From positions 1-64,000 of the IMG/VR virus record IMGVR_UViG_3300017991_000049: 64,000 nucleotides of DNA; one strand, written 5' to 3'. A model generated the notes under the pieces. The model saw only the letters and a list, made by a program, of their open reading frames with translations, ran no database searches and was not told the DNA's origin. The position numbers and the translations under genes were made by a program. Below, piece after piece: positions 42,191 to 51,660 of the stretch. Within the stretch, counting starts at the first letter, position 1. Each line of letters opens with the position of its first letter. The DNA is from a virus.

Positions 42191-42622
42191 CGCTCTTCGA
42201 CTCCTTTCGGTCCTTGAAGAACTGCTCTCGGAAGTCGCCGAGATTTTCCATCTTCTCTTGCTGGATCTCGGTGCCTTCCTTCCGGATCTCCTCCTTGCGG
42301 GTCTCCGGGTTATTTTGGCCTTGGAATAGCTGGCCAGGCTCCACCGACTCTTCCAAAGTGCCGGTAGGGTCTTCCTTCGAGCTGGGGATCACCCAGCCCG
42401 TCATGACGAACGCCAGTCCCCATAGGATCAGGATCCCTATGAGCACTGGGCCCATCAGACTATGCACCCACTCCCGAATCTGCTCAACGGCCTCGATGGC
42501 GTCCTCGTCACCTTCGGCACGTCCGCGCATCCATTTGAGCGCCAGCTTGGTCAGCAATACTGCGATAAGCCAGCACGCCAATAGGATTAGCAGCCCGAAC
42601 AGCAGGCTAGTCCTTACTTCGA
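42168..42622 (-). CDS. membrane protein, possible NfeD-like partner of the SPFH protein
   Basis: GTG start with AAAGGAGG RBS. Two TM helices (LLFGLLILLACWLIAVLL, VLIGILILWGLAFVMTGWVI). Directly downstream of the SPFH gene. Confidence 0.4.
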
Positions 42623-43458
42623 CTGGTGGCACGCTTGCCTCCTTTCTTGCGGTCAGTCTTGATACGCCGGTATTCGCGCTGATCGCGCTTCCGCCGTTGG
42701 TTATGAAGCAGTCGGCCCGGACGCCCTCCGAGGGCGCGTCGTACAGGATCTGCAAGTTGCTGCCGCATTAGCCACTTGCGCATCGCTGTCCAGGTTCCCC
42801 ACTTCATTCGTTTGCACTGCTCGCGCAGTGCCCACAGGTCGTCGACAGTCAGCCATTTGTAGTCGTCGGATTTATGGGTTCGATGGGCCTGGATCATTCG
42901 GCGGAATGTGCTGGGACGTGCCTGCCGAAACATGTATCGTGCCTCATCCAAATGCCGTAGAACTAGCTTGCTGATGTCGTCGCAACTCTGGCCGATGTCT
43001 TCCCAAGGGTACTTCGGCCTGTCTGATTTGAAGACGGCATTGCCTTTCAGCGCCGTCACTATGCCGTTGTTGGGGCACCACCGCCCGACCACGTGCGTAG
43101 TTGTGGTCGGCCAAGTCATCATGCCCGGATCGGTCGTCAGCATCTGTAAAGCAACGCCGACGCCGAACGGCTGCGCCCACGAATCCGACAACGTGACGTC
43201 GCGCGAGAACGCTGCCGAACTGATGTACTCGGATTTCTCCGGGCAAGCTATCCGGACCACCCCTCCCTCGAAAGGGAGAGGAAAGTCCGGATATGTTGTT
43301 CCGTGCAGCTTCAGCGCCAGCTCGTCGGCGGCATCGATAATGTGCTCGTCCACAGACGGCTCGTGGCGTAACCGCCCGGGGTCGTTTTCTCGCACAGCCC
43401 TGTTGATTACCCCGGCACGGCCGGTTGGATCACAGCTGTTGACCAGCAAAATTGACAT
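42607..43458 (-). CDS. hypothetical protein (283 aa), basic C-terminus
   Basis: ORF in a co-directional run. No motif recognised. Confidence 0.5.
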   Translation of the reverse strand: MSILLVNSCDPTGRAGVINRAVRENDPGRLRHEPSVDEHIIDAADELALKLHGTTYPDFPLPFEGGVVRIACPEKSEYISSAAFSRDVTLSDSWAQPFGVGVALQMLTTDPGMMTWPTTTTHVVGRWCPNNGIVTALKGNAVFKSDRPKYPWEDIGQSCDDISKLVLRHLDEARYMFRQARPSTFRRMIQAHRTHKSDDYKWLTVDDLWALREQCKRMKWGTWTAMRKWLMRQQLADPVRRALGGRPGRLLHNQRRKRDQREYRRIKTDRKKGGKRATSRSKD

Positions 43459-44078
43459 TGTTCGCAGTGCCTTTTCGGTTTGATACCGTTCTCAGCGGGA
43501 CACACCAAGCATCCATTGATCTTCTTCACGATAGTATCCCGTTTGACCCTGAAAACCAAGTCGCAGTAGTCAGGCACTGATTCGCCGTGTTCGCATTGCA
43601 TATAGCAAGAGCGGATCCCGTCGACCGGAGGCACACCATCGATGGAGTGCGTGATCTTGTCGCAGGAAAACCACAGGTGGAAGTTGTCCACGTTGGCTAG
43701 GTCGATGAGAGCGTCGAGCAGCTTGGCTCGGCGCCATGACCGTGTATATGCATAGAACGTCACGTCTGGGCAGCCTTGCGCGATCTGAATCCACTTGCGG
43801 ATGTAGGGCGCGCTGTAGAAATCGCCGGCAACGTGTACTCGTAGTATCTTCAACTCCAGCTGTCTGATCTCGTCGATCATCTTCTTCACGAAGTCGGGCT
43901 CCTTGGACGCGTCCCAGTTGCGCTGATGCGCAGCAGTGACGTTCGTCATCCGAAAGAACCCATTCGTGGCATAACAGTCAGATTCGCATACCTCGGTTCT
44001 ACCTGGGCAGGTCTCTACAGCCAGGATAGAGAAGCATGGAACCTCGCCAAGCTTTGAGTTGCCTGGTCGGATCAGCAA
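43407..44078 (-). CDS. Cys-rich protein, DUF5131 (phage Gp37/Gp68)-like
   Basis: N-terminal cluster CPGRTEVCESDCYA resembles the DUF5131 N-terminal Cys motif; additional CxxC pairs follow. Confidence 0.4.
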   Translation of the reverse strand: MLIRPGNSKLGEVPCFSILAVETCPGRTEVCESDCYATNGFFRMTNVTAAHQRNWDASKEPDFVKKMIDEIRQLELKILRVHVAGDFYSAPYIRKWIQIAQGCPDVTFYAYTRSWRRAKLLDALIDLANVDNFHLWFSCDKITHSIDGVPPVDGIRSCYMQCEHGESVPDYCDLVFRVKRDTIVKKINGCLVCPAENGIKPKRHCEQCQFCWSTAVIQPAVPG

Positions 44079-44170
44079 TAGAATTCTCCTGTACGCACAA
44101 CGATCTAGTAACGCCGGCGCCGCTCATCGCAGCACCGGCTCCAAGATCAGCGCGACACAGGAGTTGAAGC

Positions 44171-44398
44171 TTAATACGTGTACTCTAAGGCGGTTGCGGC
44201 TACGTCTTCCAGCAGGTCGCTGGCAAACTGCCCGCCGCCGAAACCGGCGACAATCTCATGTCCGCAGCCGGGGCAGCGCCATACGTCACCGTAATGGTAG
44301 GTGGCGGGATGCTCACCCATACCCTCGTCTTTTACGAGGAAGTCGTTCTTGGCGCAACGCATGCTGCGCCGACACGGTACACACACGGGCGGGGTCAT
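44171..44398 (-). CDS. small Zn-ribbon protein (75 aa)
   Basis: CVPC...C...CPGCGHE pattern. Confidence 0.4.
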   Translation of the reverse strand: MTPPVCVPCRRSMRCAKNDFLVKDEGMGEHPATYHYGDVWRCPGCGHEIVAGFGGGQFASDLLEDVAATALEYTY

Positions 44399-44772
44399 AC
44401 CTTCACCCGCTTTCCGAGGCGGATGTTGCGCGGTTGTCGCTCGCTGAAATCGAGCTGCTTGCGCTTGATCTGCGTGTTCTCCGGCGCGAACTCGTCGACC
44501 GGTACCATATCCGTGAACTTGCTGGCGCGTGCTTCTTTGCAGTGCCTGCAGTCCCGCGGTTTCGGATTACCCTTACCATCCTTCTTCAAAATAGCCCAGC
44601 CGCGACAATCGCAGCTCAGCACTCCATCGTTCCAAAGGATAGTCAGGTATTTCGTCAGGCCGTTGGAGCTCACTGACTCCTTGACCTTCTTCGGGCTTAC
44701 GCCCCTGGAGCTGCTGCTCCCCGCAGGGAATTTCTTCCCCTTCTTGAACGTCCACTCCAGGTGTTCCGCCAT
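44395..44772 (-). CDS. small SWIM-zinc-finger-like protein
   Basis: CDCRGW...C-x-HC pattern (CxCx(n)CxH). Confidence 0.4.
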   Translation of the reverse strand: MAEHLEWTFKKGKKFPAGSSSSRGVSPKKVKESVSSNGLTKYLTILWNDGVLSCDCRGWAILKKDGKGNPKPRDCRHCKEARASKFTDMVPVDEFAPENTQIKRKQLDFSERQPRNIRLGKRVKV

Positions 44773-44805
44773 GGAGAATTTCCTCCAGATCTTTCCAACC
44801 GGGCA

Positions 44806-45957
44806 TCAGGCTGCCACTGGTTTCTTCGGTCTGTTGCGCAGCTTGATACCGCGGAAGCGTCGTACAGCGTTCGACGACTCTTCAGCGTCGGCAGCCTCGT
44901 TGCGCACGCCTTGCAGCCCAGCAGCCAAGGCAGCGCCGATTTCGGCGTCGCCGTTCAGCATCTGGGGCGTGACGTTGTCGAGGCGCTGTCGGCATTCGCG
45001 CATGGTCCTGAGCAGTTCAGGTCCGGCCAGGAACTCGAAGCCCTCGACCATCTCGAACGCCTCGCGGACCTGGTTGATCGTACCGTTGCGGATGATACGA
45101 TCTGGGTCCTTGAGCGCGGCCATGAGGTTGTCGGCGGCGTCCATGAGCACCTGACGCGGCTCGCGGGCCATGTCCTGCAGCATTTCCTGCGTGAACTTGT
45201 GCATCTGCTCGCGCGCCTCGTCGACCAGCTCATTGGCCTCGTCGTCGGTGATCTGACGCTCACGCTGCGCCTCGGACTCCTTGAAGTTCTTCAGGGCCGT
45301 CAGCGCGTTCTTGATCGCACGTGGCCGCGCCTGCTTCAAGTCGTCGAACTTCTGCGCAGAATCGTTGATAGCGCGCTCGATGTCGCGCATCTGTGTCTCG
45401 TTCAGATTGGTGCGCCCGCCAGCCGGTATGATAGCCCAGACGATACCGAACTTATCGGCAACCTCGTCGGAGTCCGGCAGCTTGCCTTGCACCTTCTTGA
45501 ACAAGTCCTCTTCCAGCTTCTCTTCAAGCGTGGCGAGGATGTCCTCGTAATCCGCGACAAACTCGTCGCGGCATTGCTCCATCTCTGCACGGAGCGCACG
45601 TAGGCCCTGGAAGATGTCCTTCGCCCGAGCGACTGGCAACACAGCCATGCCCCTCGCGGCGAATTGAATGGATGCGTGCGACAGCAAAGAGCGCGCACGT
45701 CCCTCGAGATTGCCCAGCCGCTTGCGCCATTCCGTGGGCATGAGCTGCCACTGCGGTTTGGTGCGAAACTCCTCGGCTATCTCCTTCTTCTCTTCCTCGG
45801 TCTTTCCGTTTCCTTCGACCTTGACCTCTACGATCGCGTCGGCGATCTTGTAGGACATCTTCGGCCAGGAAATGTGTAGCATCACCAGAAATACGTGCCT
45901 GGTGATTGCGTCGAGCAGTTGCTCACCCTCAAGTGCCTGTTGATTCTCGTTTGGCAT
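44806..45957 (-). CDS. hypothetical protein (383 aa), helical and charged
   Basis: Long ORF with consistent composition. No motif recognised. Confidence 0.55.
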   Translation of the reverse strand: MPNENQQALEGEQLLDAITRHVFLVMLHISWPKMSYKIADAIVEVKVEGNGKTEEEKKEIAEEFRTKPQWQLMPTEWRKRLGNLEGRARSLLSHASIQFAARGMAVLPVARAKDIFQGLRALRAEMEQCRDEFVADYEDILATLEEKLEEDLFKKVQGKLPDSDEVADKFGIVWAIIPAGGRTNLNETQMRDIERAINDSAQKFDDLKQARPRAIKNALTALKNFKESEAQRERQITDDEANELVDEAREQMHKFTQEMLQDMAREPRQVLMDAADNLMAALKDPDRIIRNGTINQVREAFEMVEGFEFLAGPELLRTMRECRQRLDNVTPQMLNGDAEIGAALAAGLQGVRNEAADAEESSNAVRRFRGIKLRNRPKKPVAA

Positions 45958-46255
45958 TGTCTCTCAATCTGATCAAACGTGGGTTACGTTCATCTGCGGC
46001 TGGTGGTTCAGGAACGTCGAACACCATCTGCGCAAACTCTTCCGGGGAGCACTTTACGTGTTTGACGCCGTCGTCAAGCAACAATATCTCAGTCCCCGAC
46101 CACTGGTATTCTGTGTCCCAGTGATACGTGATCGCTTGGAAGCGCACAACGCAAGCAGGGTTGATCCAGATACGTTCTGTATCATGTGCTGCCACGTTGC
46201 GGCGCAAATGCGCGCTCGTCGTTACCTCAATCTCGACTATGTGCTGCACGGGCAT
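45929..46255 (-). CDS. hypothetical protein, tandem paralog A (C-terminal RNPRLIRLRDNA)
   Basis: Shares the C-terminal motif and the 21-nt upstream DNA block GGCATTGTCTCTCAATCTGATCA with 46227-46541. Confidence 0.45.
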   Translation of the reverse strand: MPVQHIVEIEVTTSAHLRRNVAAHDTERIWINPACVVRFQAITYHWDTEYQWSGTEILLLDDGVKHVKCSPEEFAQMVFDVPEPPAADERNPRLIRLRDNAKRESTGT

Positions 46256-46541
46256 TGTCTCTCAATCTGATCAGCCGCGGCTTACGGTTATCGACGGGCG
46301 GCGTTGGCGGATCCGCATACAGCCGCTCCACAAAGACGTAAGGGGTTTCGTTCGTGTACACGTCGCCGAAATCCTTGGTGACGATCTTCGTGCCTTCCCA
46401 GCGGAAACGCGTACCCGCATTGAACTCAGCTGCGCCGACCACAATGATCTGCTCGATGTTGAGCCATAGCGCGTAATGCTTACGCTGGACCGCCTTCTCG
46501 TCCGGATTCCCAACAGCCACTACTTCGATTAGGCTAATCAC
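46227..46541 (-). CDS. hypothetical protein, tandem paralog B (C-terminal RKPRLIRLRDNA)
   Basis: See paralog A; the pair looks like a tandem gene duplication. Confidence 0.45.
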   Translation of the reverse strand: MISLIEVVAVGNPDEKAVQRKHYALWLNIEQIIVVGAAEFNAGTRFRWEGTKIVTKDFGDVYTNETPYVFVERLYADPPTPPVDNRKPRLIRLRDNARAAHSRD

Positions 46542-46892
46542 GGCTTCGCTTCAGCCAGCGGTAGGTTATGTCTCTTCAGCCAGGCAATCTCAGCATTGAT
46601 CGCGGCTTTGTACTCGGCAAACGGACCTAAGACTGGCCCGCCGACAGGAGACAGATCAGCCCAGAACAGGTTCGGATCGATAGGGTCGAGGCAGTCCAAG
46701 ACCCATCGCCGTTGTTCCTGTATCCGGGCGCGCGCCTCCTCAGATAAATCGGCCCAGCTCTCCACGTGCGACGCGCGCCTCGTGGAGAGCTTAGGACCGA
46801 TGGAGGTACCGTATCTCTCAGAATCTGGGTCTACCAGATGGCGAGATGTACCGTTAGGTTCGACGACGATCTCGACGGTTCTACCCGCCACA
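46538..46892 (-). CDS. hypothetical protein (GTG start, VAGRTVEIVVEPNG...)
   Basis: Only the C-terminal two thirds of the 177-aa ORF look protein-like. GTG start proposed, overlapping the stop of 46881-47102. Confidence 0.3.
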
Positions 46893-47102
46893 GCCGCCAC
46901 CGCCCTGTTGTGATTTGATTTCGACCTCGTGCGGGTCTTCATACGCGTCAGCGGTAGCCTCTGTCTCCAGGACTTCACCAAAACGCGCCTCGTAACCGGC
47001 GGTTGCAAGTCTGCAAGCGCCGCCCTGGAGCCCGAAGGTAGTCGTCTTGGTGACGCCCTTGGGGTCCACAATAACCTCGATACGTGGTCCGTCAGCGGAC
47101 AT
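46881..47102 (-). CDS. hypothetical small protein (MSADGPRIEVIVDPKG...)
   Basis: AGGAGA RBS 5 nt upstream of ATG. Preceded by a TGATCAA half-site. Shares an (R)xVEIVV(D/E)P(K/N)G motif with 46538-46892. Confidence 0.4.
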   Translation of the reverse strand: MSADGPRIEVIVDPKGVTKTTTFGLQGGACRLATAGYEARFGEVLETEATADAYEDPHEVEIKSQQGGGGCGG

Positions 47103-47144
47103 ATGATCTCCTAATTTTGATCAGGTGAACAAGATTGGCCAGTC

Positions 47145-47555
47145 CTAGACGGAGTAGCCGCCCTCGCTCGCGCCGCCGTCTTCGGTCTCGTAGCCACCGC
47201 CGCCGAGCGGGATGGTGCACTTGATCGAACCGTCGGACAGTCTCTGCTCTTCAAACTCATGGCCTTCAACTTCGGCCTGAGCCTTCGTCGCTTCGACAGC
47301 GTAGCCCTGCTTGAGCGAGTCAAGCTCGGACTCCTTGCCCCAGCGGCCGCCGTAGTTGTCGAACACGCATTCGCCGGTGTTCGTATCGATCGTGACCGGG
47401 TTTTGCCAGTCTTTCAGCTGCACCTGATGACCGCCCATAGAGGCGCCACGTGCTTTCTGCACACGGCCCAGGTACTTAGCGCCGATACGTTCACAAGCCT
47501 TCTTGAGCGTTGCGACGTCCTTGATAGCGGACTTTCTGCGAGTGATATGGCTCAC
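47145..47555 (-). CDS. hypothetical protein (136 aa), Gly-rich C-terminus
   Basis: ORF. No motif recognised. Confidence 0.5.
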   Translation of the reverse strand: MSHITRRKSAIKDVATLKKACERIGAKYLGRVQKARGASMGGHQVQLKDWQNPVTIDTNTGECVFDNYGGRWGKESELDSLKQGYAVEATKAQAEVEGHEFEEQRLSDGSIKCTIPLGGGGYETEDGGASEGGYSV

Positions 47556-47564
47556 AGTGATCTC

Positions 47565-49271
47565 CTAGTTAAGTTCGGGTTGCGCGGCGGCTGCGGCTCT
47601 TGTTGTCGAGACCTTGCGGCTGGCGCGCGAACGTGTGGTGTCCTGCACTTTCTCGCCGTTTACCGGCTCCGTCTTATCTTGGCAGAACTTGCGGATCGCT
47701 GCAATGTCCTCAGCGTTGAGCCGGGCAACCGGGGTGATACCCTTGGCGGCTACCAACAGCTCGTCGATGGTCGGACGTACGGCATCAGCGTCTGGCATCT
47801 TGCCTTTCTTGCTGCCACCTGCTTCCCAGGTCGTCATCCGGTCGTCGTAGGCATTGCTACGCGCGGCGATGATGATTTCCTCCAGTTCGGCGCCAGTGAA
47901 CTCGTCGGTCTTGTTGACCACGCGGCTCAGCGTCTTTTGATAGACGGCTGGATCGATCCCGCGCTTGTTCAGATGAATCTGCAGGATCTCCAGGCGCTCG
48001 TCCTTATCCGGCAGATCGGTGGACCAAACGCAGTCGAAGCGGCCGGCGCGCAGAAGCTCACCAGGTACGCCCGTCGTGCGGTTCATCGTCACCATGACGA
48101 ATACACGGTTGTCGGAGTCGACGCCCATGTCCCGCTCGGATAGCCAGTTCAGGAAGTAGCTCAGCACGCGCGAGGCCACACCGCTGTCTGCGGCCTGATT
48201 CTCATGCGCACCACCGAACGCCTTGTCGATCTCGTCGACCATGAGCAAGGCGTTGGGCATGGCGGCTACCATCTGGAGCGCTGTCCTGATCTTGGCCTCG
48301 GAACCGCCGACGTACTTGTCGAACATAGATCCGATGTCCATAAGCACCAGGTCCAGCCCCATCAGCTTGGCTGCTGCCTTGGCTACGAGCGTCTTGCCGG
48401 TACCAGGCGGACCGATTAGCACCGAGCCGCGAGGCTTCTCCATGTTGAGCGATTCGGCGTGCCTGGTGTAGGCACGACTACGACAGCGCAGCCACTCCAA
48501 GAAGTTCTTGAAGCCGCCGATGACGCCCTTGCCGGGGATCGAGGCGTTGGGGATGTAGGTCAGCCCCTCCACCTTGCGGATGACCTTCGCCTTCTCTGCG
48601 GCGATGATATCCATGATCTCGTCGGTGATGCCGCCGCAGGTCGCGATGGCGTAGGCAAAGATACGCTGCGCTTCTTCGGCAGTACAGCCGAGCAGCGAAC
48701 GTGTGATCTTCTCTTCCATGTCCTCGTCGCACGCAGCGCCCTTCGACCCCTTGTTGCCCTTCTGGACAGAGTCGAGGATGAAGTCCACCACGTCGGCCTT
48801 CATCTCGTCGTAGCGCGGCAGCTGGAAGTCGATGACGTCACAATACTCCGAGATATCGGGGTGCGGCGTCGGCGTAGTTGCGATGATCACGATCGGGCGC
48901 GTGGTCTTGTCGTTGCTCAGCGCGTTGGAGATACAAAGCTCGGCCAACGTGCGCCGTAGCGCCAGATTACTCGGGCCACCGCCATTGAGATACGATCCAA
49001 GATCCTTCATTAAGACTAGGCCATGGCTGGCGATCTTGTCCCTGACGGACATCAGTGCCTTAACGGGGTCAGTAAGCTTGGCATCCCAGCTGGCGCCTGC
49101 AACGCAGTTCCAACTGTACCAGCGCAGATCGGTATCGCTCTGTTCGGTGTAAGCGTGGGCGATGCTCTTGAGCGTGCGTTCGGCACGGCCCTCATCGCCG
49201 GACAAGTACACCCAGATCACGCTGGACCCGGAGTCGATCTTGTCCATAAACGATTGTGTAAAGCTAGGCAT
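47565..49271 (-). CDS. AAA+ ATPase (classic AAA clade) with about 280-aa N-terminal domain
   Basis: Walker A GPPGTGKT, Walker B LLMVDEIDKA, sensor/arginine-finger region RAGRFD. Confidence 0.8.
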   Translation of the reverse strand: MPSFTQSFMDKIDSGSSVIWVYLSGDEGRAERTLKSIAHAYTEQSDTDLRWYSWNCVAGASWDAKLTDPVKALMSVRDKIASHGLVLMKDLGSYLNGGGPSNLALRRTLAELCISNALSNDKTTRPIVIIATTPTPHPDISEYCDVIDFQLPRYDEMKADVVDFILDSVQKGNKGSKGAACDEDMEEKITRSLLGCTAEEAQRIFAYAIATCGGITDEIMDIIAAEKAKVIRKVEGLTYIPNASIPGKGVIGGFKNFLEWLRCRSRAYTRHAESLNMEKPRGSVLIGPPGTGKTLVAKAAAKLMGLDLVLMDIGSMFDKYVGGSEAKIRTALQMVAAMPNALLMVDEIDKAFGGAHENQAADSGVASRVLSYFLNWLSERDMGVDSDNRVFVMVTMNRTTGVPGELLRAGRFDCVWSTDLPDKDERLEILQIHLNKRGIDPAVYQKTLSRVVNKTDEFTGAELEEIIIAARSNAYDDRMTTWEAGGSKKGKMPDADAVRPTIDELLVAAKGITPVARLNAEDIAAIRKFCQDKTEPVNGEKVQDTTRSRASRKVSTTRAAAAAQPELN

Positions 49272-50472
49272 CCTCTGTCTTCTTTCTGAGTCGGATGAAT
49301 CGTGCTAGCCTGTTTTCTGCACGCGGCAGCTTGTGCCGCTTCTTCGCCTTCTTCGCCGTATCGGCGTTGGCGATCTCGTTAAGGACGCGCTCCACGTCTT
49401 CCGGCGTTGTGCCGCGGAAGTCGTAGAACCGGTCCATGTAATTGACCGCGGTCTCGTAGTGGTTGCCTATGAGGATCTCGGTCAATGATCTATCTTCCGA
49501 CGCGTTGGTGGCGCTCCTGCGGCGCATGCCGAGGCGCACCAGCACTGCGTATTGCCAACCCTTGGTATGGCGCTCGTCTCGCACGGCTTGCTGTACGTTC
49601 TCGCAGACCTGCAAGATCTCGTCGAGTTCCGCGTCGCCGACATGCTCTAGGTCCCGGTTAGGTACCCAGACAGCCAGCTCTTTCAGCGTGTCGTGCAAAT
49701 CGCCACCGGTGTGCGGCGTCGGCTCAGCGATCGCGTCGCTCAGCGTAGTCACAACCTCGTCGTAGTTGGTGCCGGTCGAGCTGGCGACGCGGTCGGCCCA
49801 GCTACGGAACGATCGCCGTATGGTATCGGTAGTCAGTGTAACGATGTCGCCGGTGGCCGCGCTCGCGATCTCTTGGAAGTGTGCTAACGCCCCCACATAG
49901 GCATCACGTTGAAGGACATCGGCTGCGTCGAGCGCCGCCATGTCGTCGTGTATTGCAAGCTGGGCCTCGGTGCATGCACGCACTACGCGCTGCGCCCTGG
50001 ACAACACAGTCCACCCGTCAAGGTAGTTGCGCATGATACGATGCCAGCCAGGCTGCCGTACAAGTGGCGGCGTGTTGGTCTGGTACCAGATGTCGTCAGG
50101 GAGATAGACATACACGTGCACTCGCTCGGTGCCGCCTCGCGCCTTAATACAAATCAGGCAGACGGTACCGGGACGGACAGCAGACTGCCCGTCTCTGATC
50201 TCCAGGTAATCCCCGGCGAACATGCGAATGTTGTGTGCGTTCTGGACCACACGATCTACGCGGCGTGCCCACTGTACAGCGGCGCCGCCCGGTATCTGGG
50301 TCCTGCGTGGGACTGAGTATGACGTAGGCGCACCTGCGTCGTCCTGTGCACCAAACAACCCGGACGGCAACGGTGGCTGTCCGGGTCGTGGTGTGCGCGC
50401 GCTAGCGTCGGGATGGGGCTGTGGCGGTCTGGACGAATAATCCCGACCGGTGCCCCGCCTCGCTATTGGCAT
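49264..50472 (-). CDS. hypothetical protein (402 aa)
   Basis: Long ORF; the Pro-rich N-terminal 50 aa may be an over-extension. Confidence 0.5.
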   Translation of the reverse strand: MPIARRGTGRDYSSRPPQPHPDASARTPRPGQPPLPSGLFGAQDDAGAPTSYSVPRRTQIPGGAAVQWARRVDRVVQNAHNIRMFAGDYLEIRDGQSAVRPGTVCLICIKARGGTERVHVYVYLPDDIWYQTNTPPLVRQPGWHRIMRNYLDGWTVLSRAQRVVRACTEAQLAIHDDMAALDAADVLQRDAYVGALAHFQEIASAATGDIVTLTTDTIRRSFRSWADRVASSTGTNYDEVVTTLSDAIAEPTPHTGGDLHDTLKELAVWVPNRDLEHVGDAELDEILQVCENVQQAVRDERHTKGWQYAVLVRLGMRRRSATNASEDRSLTEILIGNHYETAVNYMDRFYDFRGTTPEDVERVLNEIANADTAKKAKKRHKLPRAENRLARFIRLRKKTEDA

Positions 50473-51185
50473 TAGACTGGTTTGAGCTCGTCGCTCTTTT
50501 CCTCCGTGCGTTTGAGCGCCGCCAGCATGTTCTTGACCGAATCCTTGGCGTCGCCGACCTGCAACGGTGTCTCGTCAAGCAGGGTGAGGATCGTCCGCAG
50601 ACGTGCCTTCACCATCTGGTTGATCTCTTCCGTCTTGGCCGCCTCGACGTCGTAGATGGCCGCGAACATCTGCGGGTCATCAGAGAACGTGTTCTGTACC
50701 TCCGCCCACACATCCTTGGGCAGGATGCCGAGCTGGAGCACGTCGGGTGGGCGCATAATGCCCTCGTCCTTGAGAGCGAACCCGATGTACTCCACGATCT
50801 TGTGGTCGAAAGGCTCTTCGTCTTGTGGGTCCGGTGGCCAAAGCAGAAGGGCCTCCGTGATACCCCAAGCTACTTCACCGGCGTCGGCCGGATCCCAGGT
50901 CTCGAGATCCAGCGTGCCGTTGTACAACGTATTGCAGAGACGGACAAACGTGGGCAGGTCTCTGTAGAACCCGTCACTTGTCACTATCTCCACGGCGGCC
51001 ATAAGTCTGTTCAAAGAGGCGGGAGGCAGCTTGGCTCCGGCCATCTCCTCCAGCTCCATCCTTACCGTCGCCGGGTCCCACGTAAGTAGTTCCTCGCTCA
51101 AAAGGTCTACGGCCAGGACTAGGAGTACGGTTGCGGGGGTGTTCCCGTCCAGGATTATTTCTTTGACTTTGGGCGTTAGCGCCAT
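50472..51185 (-). CDS. hypothetical acidic protein (start at MALTPKVKEI)
   Basis: ORF. The upstream gene 50974-51660 runs on in another frame for about 210 nt without a stop (frame conflict). Confidence 0.4.
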   Translation of the reverse strand: MALTPKVKEIILDGNTPATVLLVLAVDLLSEELLTWDPATVRMELEEMAGAKLPPASLNRLMAAVEIVTSDGFYRDLPTFVRLCNTLYNGTLDLETWDPADAGEVAWGITEALLLWPPDPQDEEPFDHKIVEYIGFALKDEGIMRPPDVLQLGILPKDVWAEVQNTFSDDPQMFAAIYDVEAAKTEEINQMVKARLRTILTLLDETPLQVGDAKDSVKNMLAALKRTEEKSDELKPV

Positions 51186-51660
51186 CTTTGGCCTCCCGTT
51201 GTACGCGCAGCCATGCAAGCTGCACCGGTATCGCCAGATTGTACGAGACACCCTCAAAGGTCAGCGGACTGCCGTCGACCATCTGGCATTGCTGCAGGTC
51301 GTAGTAATCCGTTTCTCCTGCAATTTGCACCAGTTTGCGGTCGGCAATGGCCAAGATCTGGGGCGTCAGCTCTTCCTTGATAACGAGCTGGCGTTCCCAA
51401 TATTCGGCACGCTCTAGTAACTGCTTGGAGAACAGCTGGATCACAACCATCATACCATCACCCGATATGATACCGCGAGGCACGATGGCGCTGTAGCTCC
51501 AAATTACGGCTGCGCGGGAGAATGGGATCTCCATCTTCGGGTTGAGGCCGCCTACCGGCACCCCGTCCCCGCGCAACGAGTTCAGAATTGATTGCACTGC
51601 CAGCATCCGCTGACGAATGTACGGATCGGCAGCGACGACCTGTTCTAACGTAAGCGCCAC
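50974..51660 (-). CDS. hypothetical protein with GTG start overlapping the upstream stop (TAGTG); 3' boundary unresolved
   Basis: Protein-like for about 155 codons (VALTLEQVVAADPYIRQRMLAVQSIL...NLAIPVQLAWLRVQ), then low-complexity read-through into the next gene in a different frame. Confidence 0.3.
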   Translation of the reverse strand: MALTLEQVVAADPYIRQRMLAVQSILNSLRGDGVPVGGLNPKMEIPFSRAAVIWSYSAIVPRGIISGDGMMVVIQLFSKQLLERAEYWERQLVIKEELTPQILAIADRKLVQIAGETDYYDLQQCQMVDGSPLTFEGVSYNLAIPVQLAWLRVQREAKDGANAQSQRNNPGREHPRNRTPSPGRRPFERGTTYVGPGDGKDGAGGDGRSQAASRLFEQTYGRRGDSDK

